A stretch of DNA of 64,000 bases, from contig CBDATQ010000002.1 of the NCBI GenBank assembly GCA_965199955.1, forward strand, positions 1 through 64,000, written 5' to 3'. Position 1 is the first letter of the stretch. Every line of letters begins with the position of its first letter. Shown here piece after piece: positions 12,093 through 22,357 of this stretch. This stretch comes from Spirochaetia bacterium. GTDB taxonomy: Bacteria; Spirochaetota; Spirochaetia; SZUA-6; Bin103. The position numbers were made by a program, and so were the translations under genes. The notes under the pieces are model-generated. The model was not told the DNA's origin. It worked only from the letters and a program-made list of their open reading frames with translations, and made no database searches.

Positions 12093-13208
12093 TCAGGTCG
12101 CGAACGGATCGGCGGCATCGCGCAATCCGTCGCCGAAGAAGTTGAAGCAGAGCACGACCAGGATGATCATGAGCCCGGGAATGGCCAGCCACAGGTGGTG
12201 GACCAGCGCCTGCACGTTCTGGGCGTCCTGCAGCATAACCCCCCAGCTCGTCAGCGGCGGCACGATGCCGATGCCCAGGAAGCTCAGGCTGCTCTCGCCG
12301 AGGATCGTGCCCGGCACCGCCAGCGTGGCGGTGACGATGATGTGGCTGAGCGAGCCGGGCAGGAGGTGCTTGTTGATGATCCGCCAGTGGCTGGAACCGA
12401 CGACGCGGGCCGCCATCACGTACTCCTCCTGGCGGTAGGCCAGCACCTTGCCGCGCACCACGCGCGCCAGGCTGCCCCAGCCGATGAGCGACAGGATGAC
12501 CACCACGCCGAGATAGACGAATCCCGACGGCCACGTGACCGGGATGGCGGCCGACAGGGCGATCCACAGCGGTATCTGCGGGAAGGAGATCAACAGCTCG
12601 ATCACCCGCTGGATGGCGTTGTCCACCATCCTGCCGAAGTAGGCGGAGGCGACGCCCAGGATCGATCCCAGCACGATGGTGATGAGGGTGCCTACCAGCG
12701 GGACCGACAGGCTGACCTGCGCGCCCGTCCAGACCCGCGACAGGATGTCCCGGCCCAGGGTGTCCGTTCCCCACAGGAACAGCGTCGCTCCGGAGTCCAC
12801 GCCGAACAGCCGCATGCTCATCGGGATGAAACCGACCAGCATGTAGGGCTCCGAGGGGACGAAGAAGCGGATCGGGTACTTCCTCGTCTTCACTTCCCGG
12901 TAGGAGATCGCCAGGGTCGTCATGTCGATGCTCCGTTCGCGGGCGTAGACGAACGGGCGCGACAGCCGGCCCTCCTCGTCCCTGAAATGGACCTTCTGCG
13001 GAGGGGCGAACTTGAAGGTGACGTGGAACGCGTCGTGGTGATAGGCGCTGAAGAACGGGGCGAACAGGGCGATGGCATAGAGGACGACCAGGATGACGCC
13101 GCTGACGACCGCCAACCGGTTCTTGCTGAAGCGGCGCCACATGAGCGCCCGCACGCTTCGGATCGACGCTGCCTCCGTGATCGCCGTCTGGATCGCCGCT
13201 TCGCTCAC
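12093..13208 (-). CDS. Opp/Dpp ABC permease (DppC-like)
   Basis: WRRFSKNRLA, GTDTLGRDILSR, ESSLSFLG and GDGLRDAADP motifs; GTG start overlaps the upstream TGA. Confidence 0.92.
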   Translation of the reverse strand: MSEAAIQTAITEAASIRSVRALMWRRFSKNRLAVVSGVILVVLYAIALFAPFFSAYHHDAFHVTFKFAPPQKVHFRDEEGRLSRPFVYARERSIDMTTLAISYREVKTRKYPIRFFVPSEPYMLVGFIPMSMRLFGVDSGATLFLWGTDTLGRDILSRVWTGAQVSLSVPLVGTLITIVLGSILGVASAYFGRMVDNAIQRVIELLISFPQIPLWIALSAAIPVTWPSGFVYLGVVVILSLIGWGSLARVVRGKVLAYRQEEYVMAARVVGSSHWRIINKHLLPGSLSHIIVTATLAVPGTILGESSLSFLGIGIVPPLTSWGVMLQDAQNVQALVHHLWLAIPGLMIILVVLCFNFFGDGLRDAADPFAT

Positions 13209-14707
13209 CGCGCCCTCTTCACCAGCACCTCGACCTCGTGCAGGACCACGTGGTCCCGTGCGCCGGGGGCGCCTGCGACGAGCCGCATGCCCAGATGGTT
13301 GTCCCCGTACAGCGCCGGGGGGGAGCCCAGGGCGAAGCGGCACACCGGGAGCTCGCCCTCCGAGTCCGGCCACTCGCAGCGGACCGACTCGGGCGGAATC
13401 CGCTGGCCGTTGAGATCGAATTCGATCTCGTCGCCCGGAACGATCGCAGGCCGGCACAGCAGCTCCGCGCGCGAGTCCTCCGGCAGGTGCTCACACAGGC
13501 GGAAGCGGATCCGGCCGCTCGTGCCCGGCGCGTCCCGCGGCAGGATGATCTCTTCCGCGCGGTAGGGGAAGTCGCCCTTGTATCCCGCCCGCCGGCCGGC
13601 GTTCGACCCCCAGATCGGATAGAAGGCGTAGTGGCGGTCGTGCGCGTCGACCCGCTTCGGGTCGCGCAGCGTCCGCAGCATCGGGAAGCGCGAGATGTCG
13701 AAGACGTTCTGGGTGGAGAATCCGTCGGCGCCCGCGCCGTAGAAGTTGCGCACCGTCGCGCAGTAGTGCTCGGGCGTCTGCATCAGGTCGCGGTGGTTGT
13801 AGCCCAGCCACTCCTGCACCTGCGGATACACGTAGCAGTCCGTGTCGCGGGCCAGCCGCACGAACTCCTCGAACCGGGGATTGGGATCGGTGAAGCCGAT
13901 GTCGCCGGGGACGACGTAGTCGATCAGCCGGTCGCCGATCCAGGCGGGGATGTCGTACCCCACCCGCAGGCACCCGTCCAGATGCTGGAGCACGCGCACG
14001 CCCAGCAGGAGCCGGCGGCCCCGCCTGGCCCCGACCGCCTCCAGCATCGCGCGCACCCGCCGGACGAAGCCGGTGAGGATCGCGTGGCTTTGCTCCGCCT
14101 CGCCCAGGGGGAAGCACGCCGGCAGGCGGGTGAAGTTGAACTCGATGCCGTCCACGTCGAAGCGGGTGGCGACCTCCTCCATGACCGCGAACAGGAAGTC
14201 GCGGACCTCCTCCTCCGCGTAGTTGAGCGCGCAGCCCAGCTCGTAGCTGCGCGGGTCGGTGGTGCGTGGCGACGACGGGTCGTACCCCTTGAGGATCCAG
14301 TGCGGCTTCTCCTGCGCCAGCCGCGCGAACCAGTCGGCGTTGTGACCGTGGCGGTCGTTCATCCGGAAGCCGGCGATCATTTCGATGCCGTGCCGGTGGC
14401 ACTCCTCGGCGTAGACCTGGATCGGCATCACGCCGTCGTCCATCATCGGTACCAGCCGCTGGTGGTGCGGGCGGGCGTCCCACTCGCACGACTCGCCGCG
14501 CCACCAGTGGCTCCACCCCTGGCTGAAGACCTCCTGCACCACGGTGTCGATCGCCTGAGCCCTGGCGTAGTTGCGCACGACCCCGCGCAGATCTTCCGGC
14601 GTCGCGCGGCCCTCGGTCATGAAGCGCGTGGTGTTGGACGGGTCGCTGCAGTAGACGACGCGGCGCGTCCCCCGTGGTTTCAGCGAGCCCAGCGCGAATT
14701 CGGCCAT
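13205..14707 (-). CDS. Putative TIM-barrel glycoside-hydrolase-like protein (GHL10/DUF187-like)
   Basis: SD GAGGAGG; FRMNDRH, LNYAEEEVRD and FDVDGIEFNFTR motifs; beta-rich C-terminal domain; family call from memory. Confidence 0.55.
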   Translation of the reverse strand: MAEFALGSLKPRGTRRVVYCSDPSNTTRFMTEGRATPEDLRGVVRNYARAQAIDTVVQEVFSQGWSHWWRGESCEWDARPHHQRLVPMMDDGVMPIQVYAEECHRHGIEMIAGFRMNDRHGHNADWFARLAQEKPHWILKGYDPSSPRTTDPRSYELGCALNYAEEEVRDFLFAVMEEVATRFDVDGIEFNFTRLPACFPLGEAEQSHAILTGFVRRVRAMLEAVGARRGRRLLLGVRVLQHLDGCLRVGYDIPAWIGDRLIDYVVPGDIGFTDPNPRFEEFVRLARDTDCYVYPQVQEWLGYNHRDLMQTPEHYCATVRNFYGAGADGFSTQNVFDISRFPMLRTLRDPKRVDAHDRHYAFYPIWGSNAGRRAGYKGDFPYRAEEIILPRDAPGTSGRIRFRLCEHLPEDSRAELLCRPAIVPGDEIEFDLNGQRIPPESVRCEWPDSEGELPVCRFALGSPPALYGDNHLGMRLVAGAPGARDHVVLHEVEVLVKRAR

Positions 14708-15002
14708 GTGATCCTCCTCGTCAGCGCGTGTCGCCGGCTTCCTCGAGGTGCGGCCTGACAACGTCGCGGAAGAAGTGCCGGCCCAGCTCGATGGCGCCGA
14801 CGGCCGACGGCTTTCCGGTGCCCATCGGCTCAGTCGAGGGCGTCCGGCCTGTCGGTGATCGGTATCACGTGCGGCACGGGGGCCGCCCCAAAATCGTCGC
14901 CTTCGGCTCCGGTCTTGGCCCAGCCCCGCCTGAGGTCATGGAGTCTGTCGGATAGCCGCTGACGCGCCGATCTCGACAGGCTCCATTCCTCACGGTTCTC
15001 CC

Positions 15003-16871
15003 CTATTGCACCTCGTACTTGATGTAGAACTGGTCGGGATAGGCCGAGTACTCCATCTTCTGGGCGGTCGCCACGTCCGGCAGGTTGCCGATGCGGTTGT
15101 GGCGGATGATGATCACCGGGAAGTCGGAGGTGATGGCGATCCAGCTCGTCACCTCCTCGGCCTCCATGATCCACAGCTCCTTGGTCAGGGCCGAGTATGA
15201 CTCCGGGTCGATGGCGGAGATCACCTGCTGCTCCAGCTCCCAGGCGGCCAGGAACTCCGGCGGCGGGTTCGAGTACTTGGTGCCGAGCGTCTGCGTCTCC
15301 GGGTTGTAGCCGCCCGAACGGAACACCCACGGCAGCGACACCTGCAGGGACGGTCCCCAGTGCATGACCACCTGCATGTCGTAGGCGCGCATCTTCTCGA
15401 AGATGACCGAGCGCTTGACGGCGTTCATGATGGCGTCGAGTCCCACGTCCCGCCACTGCCGGACCACCATCTCCGTCTGCGGGGTGTTGACGAACCGGTC
15501 GGTGGGCGTGTCGATGATGATGGTGACGTTCTGGCCGTCGGGATGCTGCAGGATGCCGTCGCCGTCGGTGTCCTTGAGCCCGAGCTCGGCGAAGATCCGC
15601 TTCGCCTCGTCGGGATCGAAACCGGCGTACGCCTCCATGCGGCTGTCGTAGAACGGAGAGTCGCGGCCGACCATGGTCCCGGACGGCTGCGCCAGCCCGA
15701 AGTAGAGGGCCTCGTTGATCTCGTCCCGATTGATGGCCATCGACAGCGCGCGCCGGAAGTCGACCTGGTGCATGAGCTTGGCCAGGTTCTCGTCGGAGGG
15801 TTCCAGGGCCAGCTTCAGGTAGCCCTGGAACGCCCCGCCCTTCCAGGTGAGGACCTGGTAGTCGCCGGCGGCCTCGCCTTCCTTCATGACCTGGTAGTTC
15901 TGGAAGCCCTGCATGCCGCGGCCCTGGACGTCGATCTGTCCCTGGATGACCGCCAGCGCGGCCGTCTGCTGGTCGGCCAGGATCCTGATGTGGATATGGT
16001 CGATGTACGGGAGCTGGTTGCCCGCGGGGTCGACCACGGGATAGTACGGGTTGCGCACGGCGCGGGACCCGTCGACGTCATCGAGCTGCGTGACGACCCA
16101 GGGACCGATCTGCGGGATGGCGGAGGGATCGTCCATGAAGCGAAGCTCGGTGTTGTTCTTGAAGTCCTCGTAGGTCGAGTCGGAGTTGAACTTGGGATGG
16201 AACTGCTCGGCGTAGTGCTTGGGGTACAGCGCCCAGGGTCCTGACACGTTCAGGGTCATGTCCGGGTTGGGGGCCGCGGAGATGTACTTGACCGTGTAGT
16301 CGTCGATCTTCTCCACCTTGATGGGCTCGCCGCCGGAGTGCGTCCACCAGCTCCCGTTCGGATGGATGTTGACGTCGTGGCCGACGTTCTCCATGGACCA
16401 GATGATGTCGTCGGCGGTCAGCGGATGGCCGTCGGACCACTTGGCGCCCCGCCGGTGCCAGACGGTGAGCTCGGTGTAGTCGTCGTTGAACTGGTACTCC
16501 TTGGCGTACAGCGGGTCCAGGCCGCCGAAGTGCACGCCGTCGTCGAGGTATCCCGCCAGGTCGTAGGGGATGATGAAGCCGAAGCCGCCCGCATCACCCA
16601 GGCCGCGGTAGTAGTTCAACTGGATCCAGCCGCCGATGGCGTCGGGGGCCCAGCGGCGCAGCGTGCCGCCGTACTGGCCGATCTCGCCCAGCACCTCCCG
16701 GACCAGCGGCTCATCGGAGACGCGCTCCGCGACCGGGGGCAGGTCGCCCGCGGCGACCATCTCGGCCAGCATGGGAGCTTCGCTGTAGTCCATGGTCTGG
16801 GCGTGCGCGTACACGCCGGCGAGCAGGCCCGCGAGGGCCAGTGCGATCGATGTGCGAAATGCCTTCCTCAT
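15003..16871 (-). CDS. ABC substrate-binding protein, family 5
   Basis: SD AAGGAGG; signal peptide; EAPMLAE..AAG.LPPVAER, KWSDGHPLTADD, RNPYY..D..GNQLPYID and FRRALSMAINRDEI motifs. Confidence 0.93.
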   Translation of the reverse strand: MRKAFRTSIALALAGLLAGVYAHAQTMDYSEAPMLAEMVAAGDLPPVAERVSDEPLVREVLGEIGQYGGTLRRWAPDAIGGWIQLNYYRGLGDAGGFGFIIPYDLAGYLDDGVHFGGLDPLYAKEYQFNDDYTELTVWHRRGAKWSDGHPLTADDIIWSMENVGHDVNIHPNGSWWTHSGGEPIKVEKIDDYTVKYISAAPNPDMTLNVSGPWALYPKHYAEQFHPKFNSDSTYEDFKNNTELRFMDDPSAIPQIGPWVVTQLDDVDGSRAVRNPYYPVVDPAGNQLPYIDHIHIRILADQQTAALAVIQGQIDVQGRGMQGFQNYQVMKEGEAAGDYQVLTWKGGAFQGYLKLALEPSDENLAKLMHQVDFRRALSMAINRDEINEALYFGLAQPSGTMVGRDSPFYDSRMEAYAGFDPDEAKRIFAELGLKDTDGDGILQHPDGQNVTIIIDTPTDRFVNTPQTEMVVRQWRDVGLDAIMNAVKRSVIFEKMRAYDMQVVMHWGPSLQVSLPWVFRSGGYNPETQTLGTKYSNPPPEFLAAWELEQQVISAIDPESYSALTKELWIMEAEEVTSWIAITSDFPVIIIRHNRIGNLPDVATAQKMEYSAYPDQFYIKYEVQ

Positions 16872-16948
16872 CGAATCCTCCTTGATGCTCGATGGCATTC
16901 GGTAGCGGTAGCGCAATCGCGGAAAGGGTGTCAACGATCGCGGTGGCG

Positions 16949-17794
16949 TTATCGGTCCCAGGTGCGCTTGCGCGGGTCGGTGACGTCGACCGACAGCTCC
17001 GGCCCCAGGCCCTCGATGGACATGCGCACCACGTCGCCGTCCTGGATGGGCGACAGCGCGTAGTGGTGGGTGCCGGTGGAGACCACGTCGCCGGGCTCCA
17101 GGCCGACGACGGCGGTGACCTCGGCCAGCAGTTCGGGCACGTGGCGGGCCATCTCGCCGGTGTTGACGTCGTGCTTGAGGTTGTCGTTCACCCACAGGCG
17201 CATGCCGAGGGCGTTGGGGTCGGGGATCTCGTCGGCGGTCACCAGCACCGGGCCCATCGGGCCGAAGGTGTGCCAGCTCTTGCCCAGGAAGAAGCCGCCG
17301 GGCAGGCCGCGCGCGGACACGTCCATGAACTGGGTGTAGCCGAAAATCCTGCCCAGGGCGTCCTCCGGGGCCAGCTTGGCGGCCGGCTTGCCCATGACCA
17401 GGGCGAACTCGGGCTCGAAGTGGAACACCGTGGCGTCGGCGTCCGCCAGCTCGACGGTGTCGCCGGTGGTCATGACCGAGGTCGGCGACTTGAGGAAGGC
17501 GTTGAAGGTCTCCTTCTCCGGGTGGTCGGGCTCAATGTAGTTGCCGGCCAGGCAGACAAGCTGTCCGGGACGCGGCACGGGCGGGCGCAGCGTGACCTGG
17601 TCGACAGGACGCGCGGCGCCGGACGCGGCGGCGGACGCGATGGCGTCGCGGCAGCCGTCCCAGCCCGCGATGACCTGGTTGAGCAGCGCCTGGGCGCTGT
17701 GTGCGTGCAGATCGGCGACGGCGCCTGAGACGTCGACGACGCCGTCGTCGCGCAGCACGCCGAGTCGGTAGTCGTCGAAGAAGACGAGCTTCAC
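16949..17794 (-). CDS. Fumarylacetoacetate hydrolase family protein
   Basis: FLKSPTS, HFEPE, DVSAR, GKSWHTFGPMGP and PGDVVSTGT motifs; SD GGAGG before GTG. Confidence 0.9.
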   Translation of the reverse strand: MKLVFFDDYRLGVLRDDGVVDVSGAVADLHAHSAQALLNQVIAGWDGCRDAIASAAASGAARPVDQVTLRPPVPRPGQLVCLAGNYIEPDHPEKETFNAFLKSPTSVMTTGDTVELADADATVFHFEPEFALVMGKPAAKLAPEDALGRIFGYTQFMDVSARGLPGGFFLGKSWHTFGPMGPVLVTADEIPDPNALGMRLWVNDNLKHDVNTGEMARHVPELLAEVTAVVGLEPGDVVSTGTHHYALSPIQDGDVVRMSIEGLGPELSVDVTDPRKRTWDR

Positions 17795-17877
17795 GTGGTT
17801 GCCTCCGTGTCGGGGATGTCGGTTGATGACGGCCCGCGTTGGGGCCGGAACTGCGCGCATAGTACCATGCGCAGCCT

Positions 17878-18963
17878 ATGAATGAGGGAGGCGAGGCCGG
17901 TCCCGCCGTATTCGACGCCTTGTCGGGCGAGCCGCTGACGGCCGAGCGCGCCGGGTATACGCGCGAGATGCCGGCCGGCTTGGCGCTGGTGAGCGGGCCG
18001 GCGCTGTTCGATCCGCAGGTGAACGGGTTCGCGGGCGTCGACTTCCATACCGCCGACCTGTCCGTGGACGCCGTCGAGCACGCGGTCGCGGCGCTGTGGG
18101 ATGCCGGCTGCTCGCACCTGCTGCCCACCGTGACCACCGGCCCAGTGGACCGGATGGAGGCGCAGCTCGCCGCCCTGGCCAGGGCCTTGCGAAGCCCTCG
18201 GGTGCAGGACGCCGTGCCCGGCTTCCACGTGGAGGGTCCGTTCCTGAGCCCGGTCGAGGGATTCCGCGGCGCCCATGATCCGGCCTGCATGCTCGATCCC
18301 GATCCGGCCGTCTACGATCGGCTGCAGCGGGCCGCCGGCGGCCGCGTCGTCATGCTGACCGTGGCGCCGGAGCTGCCCGGATCGGCGGAGCTGATCCGCC
18401 GGGCCGCGGCAGACGGCGTGACGGTGTGCGCCGGGCACAGCGACGTCGGCGGGGCCGACCTGGCGGAGGCGGTGCGCGCGGGGCTGCGGCTCTGGACGCA
18501 CCTCGGCAACGGCTGCGCGGCGCAGGTGCACCGCCACGACAACGTGATCAACCGCGCGTTGGCCTGCCCGGACCTGGCCGCCTCGGTCGTCCCGGACGGC
18601 ATCCACCTGCCGCCGGCGCTGCTCGGCCGGCTCACGGCCGCCCTGGGGCCGAGCCGGCTGGTCGCGACCACGGACGCGATGTCGGCGGCGGGCTCGCCGC
18701 CCGGCATCTACAGCCTGGGCGAGAAACGGCTGGAAGTGGGCGCCGACCGGGTCGTCCGCGACGTGGGTGGCACCTATTTCGCAGGCTCGAGCCTGACGCC
18801 GCTTGAAGGGCTCTACAACCTGGTCCGCATCGGCGGGCTGGGCCTGCAGGCGGCATGGCGGGCCTGGACCTGGCTGCGCGACCGGATGTTCCCGGGGATC
18901 GAGGCGCCGCGCATCGCGGTACCGTTTCCCACCGGGCGACGGCCCGCGCACGGGGAGGGGTGA
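17878..18963 (+). CDS. nagA: N-acetylglucosamine-6-phosphate deacetylase-like amidohydrolase
   Basis: DPQVNGFAG, HVEGPFLS, GAH, TVAPE, GHS, THLGNG, DGIH and TDAM motifs. Confidence 0.8.
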   Translation: MNEGGEAGPAVFDALSGEPLTAERAGYTREMPAGLALVSGPALFDPQVNGFAGVDFHTADLSVDAVEHAVAALWDAGCSHLLPTVTTGPVDRMEAQLAALARALRSPRVQDAVPGFHVEGPFLSPVEGFRGAHDPACMLDPDPAVYDRLQRAAGGRVVMLTVAPELPGSAELIRRAAADGVTVCAGHSDVGGADLAEAVRAGLRLWTHLGNGCAAQVHRHDNVINRALACPDLAASVVPDGIHLPPALLGRLTAALGPSRLVATTDAMSAAGSPPGIYSLGEKRLEVGADRVVRDVGGTYFAGSSLTPLEGLYNLVRIGGLGLQAAWRAWTWLRDRMFPGIEAPRIAVPFPTGRRPAHGEG

Positions 18964-18965
18964 CG

Positions 18966-20144
18966 ATGAGCGACACGGTACGGCTGGCGGTGATCGGTTG
19001 CGGCGGCAGGGCCGGCCGCCTGGTGCAGCAGATCGCGGAGTTCGACCAGGCGGTGGAGTTGGTGGGCGTGCTCGACCCGGACCAGGACGGGGTGCGCTCG
19101 CGGCTGCCGGAGCGGTTCGCCGGCGCGCCGTTCTACGCCACGGTCGGGGAGCTCAACCGCGGAGCGCGGCCGACGGCGCTGCTGGTCGGCACGCGCTGTC
19201 ACCTGCACACCGAGTACGCGATCGAGGCGGTGGACCTGGACCTGCCGCTGTTCCTGGAGAAGCCGGTCTCCATCTCCATGGAGCAGGCGCGCCGCCTGGA
19301 GGCGGCGTATGCAGGACGGTACGAGCGCGCGGTGGTCAGCTTTCCGCTGCGCGTGTCGTCGCTGGCGGAGATGATCGCCGGGCGCATCCGCGCAGGCGCG
19401 GTCGGGTCGCCCGAGCACGTCGCCGCCACCAACTACGTGAGCTATGGGACCGTCTACTGGGAGCAGGGCTACCGCGACTTCACCATCACCGGCGGCCTGT
19501 TCCTGCAGAAGGCGACCCACGACTTCGACTACCTCGCGATGCTGATGGGATCGCCGATCGTTGAGGTGGCGGCGATGGGCAACTACGGCCGCGTCTTCGG
19601 CGGCGACAAGCCGCCGGGACTGCGCTGCTCGGAATGCGACGAGACCGTCACCTGCCCGGAGAGCCCGGAGAACCGGCGCCGCAACGGACTGCGGACGGCG
19701 GACGACCACCTGTGCCTGTTCTCGTCCGACACGCGCACCGATGAAGGCACCAACGAGGACTGCTCGACCGCGGTGCTGCGCTTCGCCTCCGGCGCGCACG
19801 GCACCTACACCCAGGTGTTCTTCACGCGGCGCGACGCGCACCGGCGCGGTGCCGTGGTCTCCGGCTACCAGGGGACGATCGAGTTCGACTGGTACACCTC
19901 GGACTACCGGGAGGTGCGCCACCACGACCGCTTCAGCGAGCAGGGCCACCTCGATGAAGGCGAGCACGGGCACCACGGCGGCGACGCCAACCTGATCGGC
20001 GACTTCCTGGCGCTGGCCCGCGACGGCACGCCCCCGCGCGCCGACCTGGCATGCGGCCTGAGGAGCGTCTACACCTCGCTGGCTGCGAGAGAGTCGGCCG
20101 CCACCGGTCGCTTCGTCGACGTCCGCCAGCTCGGAGCTACGTAG
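18966..20144 (+). CDS. Gfo/Idh/MocA oxidoreductase with Cys-rich insert
   Basis: VIGCGGR, EKP, KATHDFD, CSEC..TC..C and GHHGGD motifs. Confidence 0.9.
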   Translation: MSDTVRLAVIGCGGRAGRLVQQIAEFDQAVELVGVLDPDQDGVRSRLPERFAGAPFYATVGELNRGARPTALLVGTRCHLHTEYAIEAVDLDLPLFLEKPVSISMEQARRLEAAYAGRYERAVVSFPLRVSSLAEMIAGRIRAGAVGSPEHVAATNYVSYGTVYWEQGYRDFTITGGLFLQKATHDFDYLAMLMGSPIVEVAAMGNYGRVFGGDKPPGLRCSECDETVTCPESPENRRRNGLRTADDHLCLFSSDTRTDEGTNEDCSTAVLRFASGAHGTYTQVFFTRRDAHRRGAVVSGYQGTIEFDWYTSDYREVRHHDRFSEQGHLDEGEHGHHGGDANLIGDFLALARDGTPPRADLACGLRSVYTSLAARESAATGRFVDVRQLGAT

Positions 20145-20301
20145 GGCGGCGGCGGGACGCGCTCCGCTTCGGCGGCGAAGTGACGGAACGTCCCGGCGAA
20201 CCGGGGCGCGCGCAAGGGCGCAATCGCGCTACGATACGGAAACGGCCGAGCGGGTGAACCGCCCGCGGTCCAATCAATCACCGACACGAAAAGGAAATGC
20301 C

Positions 20302-21669
20302 ATGAACGACCTTCCGTTCCTTCGCCGCGGCCCCGTCTCGGTGCGGCTGCTGCTGGTGCTCGGCCTGCTGATGGCGGGATCGAGCGCCGCCTACGCGGCC
20401 GTCGCGGAAGAGACGGCCTTCGTCCTCAACACCTTCTCGTTCCTCCTCTGGGGCGGGCTGGTGATGTGGATGGCGGCCGGCTTCACCATGCTGGAATCCG
20501 GGTCCGTTCGCACCAAGAACGCCTCCGTGATCTGCCTGAAGAACATCGGCCTCTACTCGATCGCCGGCCTCGCCTACTACATCGTCGGCTACAGCCTCAT
20601 GTACACCGACGTGGGCAGCGTGATCGGCTCCTTCAGTCTGTTCTACCGGCCATCGGGCGAGGAGCTCGCTCTGCTGGACGGCACCGGCGACGCGGCGGCC
20701 GTGATCGGCAACGGCTACTCGGTCATGTCGGACTGGTTCTTCCAGATGGTGTTCGTGGCGACCGCCGGCTCCATCGTGTCGGGAGCGCTGGCGGAGCGGG
20801 TCAAGATGTGGCCGTTCTTCCTGTTCACGCTGATACTGACCGGGTTCATCTACCCGGTCGTCGGCGCCTGGACCTGGGGCGGCGGCTGGCTGGGCAGCAT
20901 GGGCTTCCAGGACTTCGCCGGCTCCACGATCGTGCACGGTACCGGCGGCTGGGCGGCGCTGGCGGGCATCCTCGTGGTCGGGCCGCGCCTGGGCAAGTTC
21001 CGCAAGGACGGCTCGGTCAAGGTGACCCCGCCCTCCAACGTGGTGGTGGTGACGCTGGGGGTGTTCATCCTCTGGTTCGGCTGGTTCGGGTTCAACGGCG
21101 GCTCGCAGCTCGCGCTGGGCACCGCGGCGGACGCGGTGGCCATGGGCCACGTGCTGGTCAACACCAACCTGGCGGCCGCGGCCGGCGTCATGACGGCACT
21201 GGCGTTCTCCCGCCTCATCCTGGGCCGCATGGACATGTTCGCGGGCCTGAACGGCGCCATCGCCGGCTTGGTCTCGATCACCGCCGGACCCGACATCACC
21301 TCCCACGTCTGGGCGGTCATCATCGGCGCCATCGGCGGCATCGTCTGCACCGCCGCCATCAAGCTGCTGGAGAAGATGAAGCTGGACGACGTGGTCGGCG
21401 CGGTGCCCGCGCACCTGTTCGCGGGCGTCTGGGGCACCCTGGCGGTCTGCATCGCCGCGGGCGGCAACTTCGGCGTCCAGCTCCTGGGCGTGGTGGCCGT
21501 CGGCGCGTTCGTGTTCGTCGTGTCGCTGGTGGCGTGGAAGATCATCGACGCCCTGCTGGGCGCCCGTGTCACCAAGCAGGTCGAGCAGCTCGGCCAGGAC
21601 GCCGCCGAGCTGAAGATCGAGGCGTATCCGGAGTTCGTGCTCATGCCGGAGGAGGACGACGAGGAATAG
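20302..21669 (+). CDS. amtB: Ammonium transporter
   Basis: FFQMVF, DFAGSTIVH, LWFGWFGFNGGS and DDVVGAVPAH motifs (twin His and Phe gate intact); no glnK adjacent. Confidence 0.95.
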   Translation: MNDLPFLRRGPVSVRLLLVLGLLMAGSSAAYAAVAEETAFVLNTFSFLLWGGLVMWMAAGFTMLESGSVRTKNASVICLKNIGLYSIAGLAYYIVGYSLMYTDVGSVIGSFSLFYRPSGEELALLDGTGDAAAVIGNGYSVMSDWFFQMVFVATAGSIVSGALAERVKMWPFFLFTLILTGFIYPVVGAWTWGGGWLGSMGFQDFAGSTIVHGTGGWAALAGILVVGPRLGKFRKDGSVKVTPPSNVVVVTLGVFILWFGWFGFNGGSQLALGTAADAVAMGHVLVNTNLAAAAGVMTALAFSRLILGRMDMFAGLNGAIAGLVSITAGPDITSHVWAVIIGAIGGIVCTAAIKLLEKMKLDDVVGAVPAHLFAGVWGTLAVCIAAGGNFGVQLLGVVAVGAFVFVVSLVAWKIIDALLGARVTKQVEQLGQDAAELKIEAYPEFVLMPEEDDEE

Positions 21670-21710
21670 CCGGCGGCAAGCAGTAGCCGGAAGCGCCGCG
21701 GGCGGTGAGG

Positions 21711-21848
21711 TCAGCCGAGCGTCTGCTCCAGCACCTCCCGCTCGCGCTCGGCGCGGAACCGGTCGAGCACCTCGCCCGCCTTGCGCATCGTCGGCCAGTC
21801 GGAGGAGCTGCCCATGATGACGCCGACGACCGGTCCCTGATCTGCCAT
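21711..21848 (-). pseudogene. purE: N5-CAIR mutase PurE collapsed to 45 aa by an internal in-frame deletion
   Basis: MADQGPVVGVIMGSSSDWPTMRKAGEVLDRF|RAEREREVLEQTLG*: PurE N-terminal signature joined directly to a PurE-like C-terminal helix. Confidence 0.82.
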
Positions 21849-21919
21849 GCGGCCCAGTCTGCCACGACAGACCGGCCCCGATCCGCTACCGTACCGCCCA
21901 CAGTCAGATGGGCACAGCC

Positions 21920-22357
21920 ATGACCGCCGTCGCCGACCACGTGGCGCTGAGCGTTCGCGACCTCGACACCTCGATCGCGTTCTACCGCGACCTGCTGGGC
22001 TTCGAGCTGCGCCGCGTCATCGAGGTGCCGCCGGAGATGAACCTGGGCGGCATAGCCGGCCTGCCGGCCTGCACGGCCCGCATCGCCCACCTCTTTCAGG
22101 GCGATTTCATGCTGGAGCTGTTCCACTACCTGGATCCCGAAGGGCGTCCCGTGGGCGACCGCACGCAGGCCGACCGCGGCTTCACCCACCTGGGGTTCCT
22201 GTGCACGGACATCCGCGCCGACCTCGACCGGCTGCGGCAGGCGGGGGTGGACATGGTGGGCGATCTGGTCGAGTTCCGCCCGGAGGTATGGGTGCAGTAT
22301 TTCTACGGACCGGACCGCGAAGTGCTGGAGCTGCGGCAGCTCCCGGAGACTGGATGA
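21920..22357 (+). CDS. VOC/glyoxalase family protein
   Basis: DHVALSVRDL..SIAFYRDLLG, LELF, HLGF and GPD..LEL motifs. Confidence 0.9.
   Translation: MTAVADHVALSVRDLDTSIAFYRDLLGFELRRVIEVPPEMNLGGIAGLPACTARIAHLFQGDFMLELFHYLDPEGRPVGDRTQADRGFTHLGFLCTDIRADLDRLRQAGVDMVGDLVEFRPEVWVQYFYGPDREVLELRQLPETG

Noticed and set aside
20154..20194. Structured element with GACGGAA upstream of amtB as a possible glutamine riboswitch
   Set aside because: It folds as a single imperfect hairpin right after the oxidoreductase stop, lacks the three-way junction, and lies upstream of the likely -10 (TACGAT at 20229-20234).
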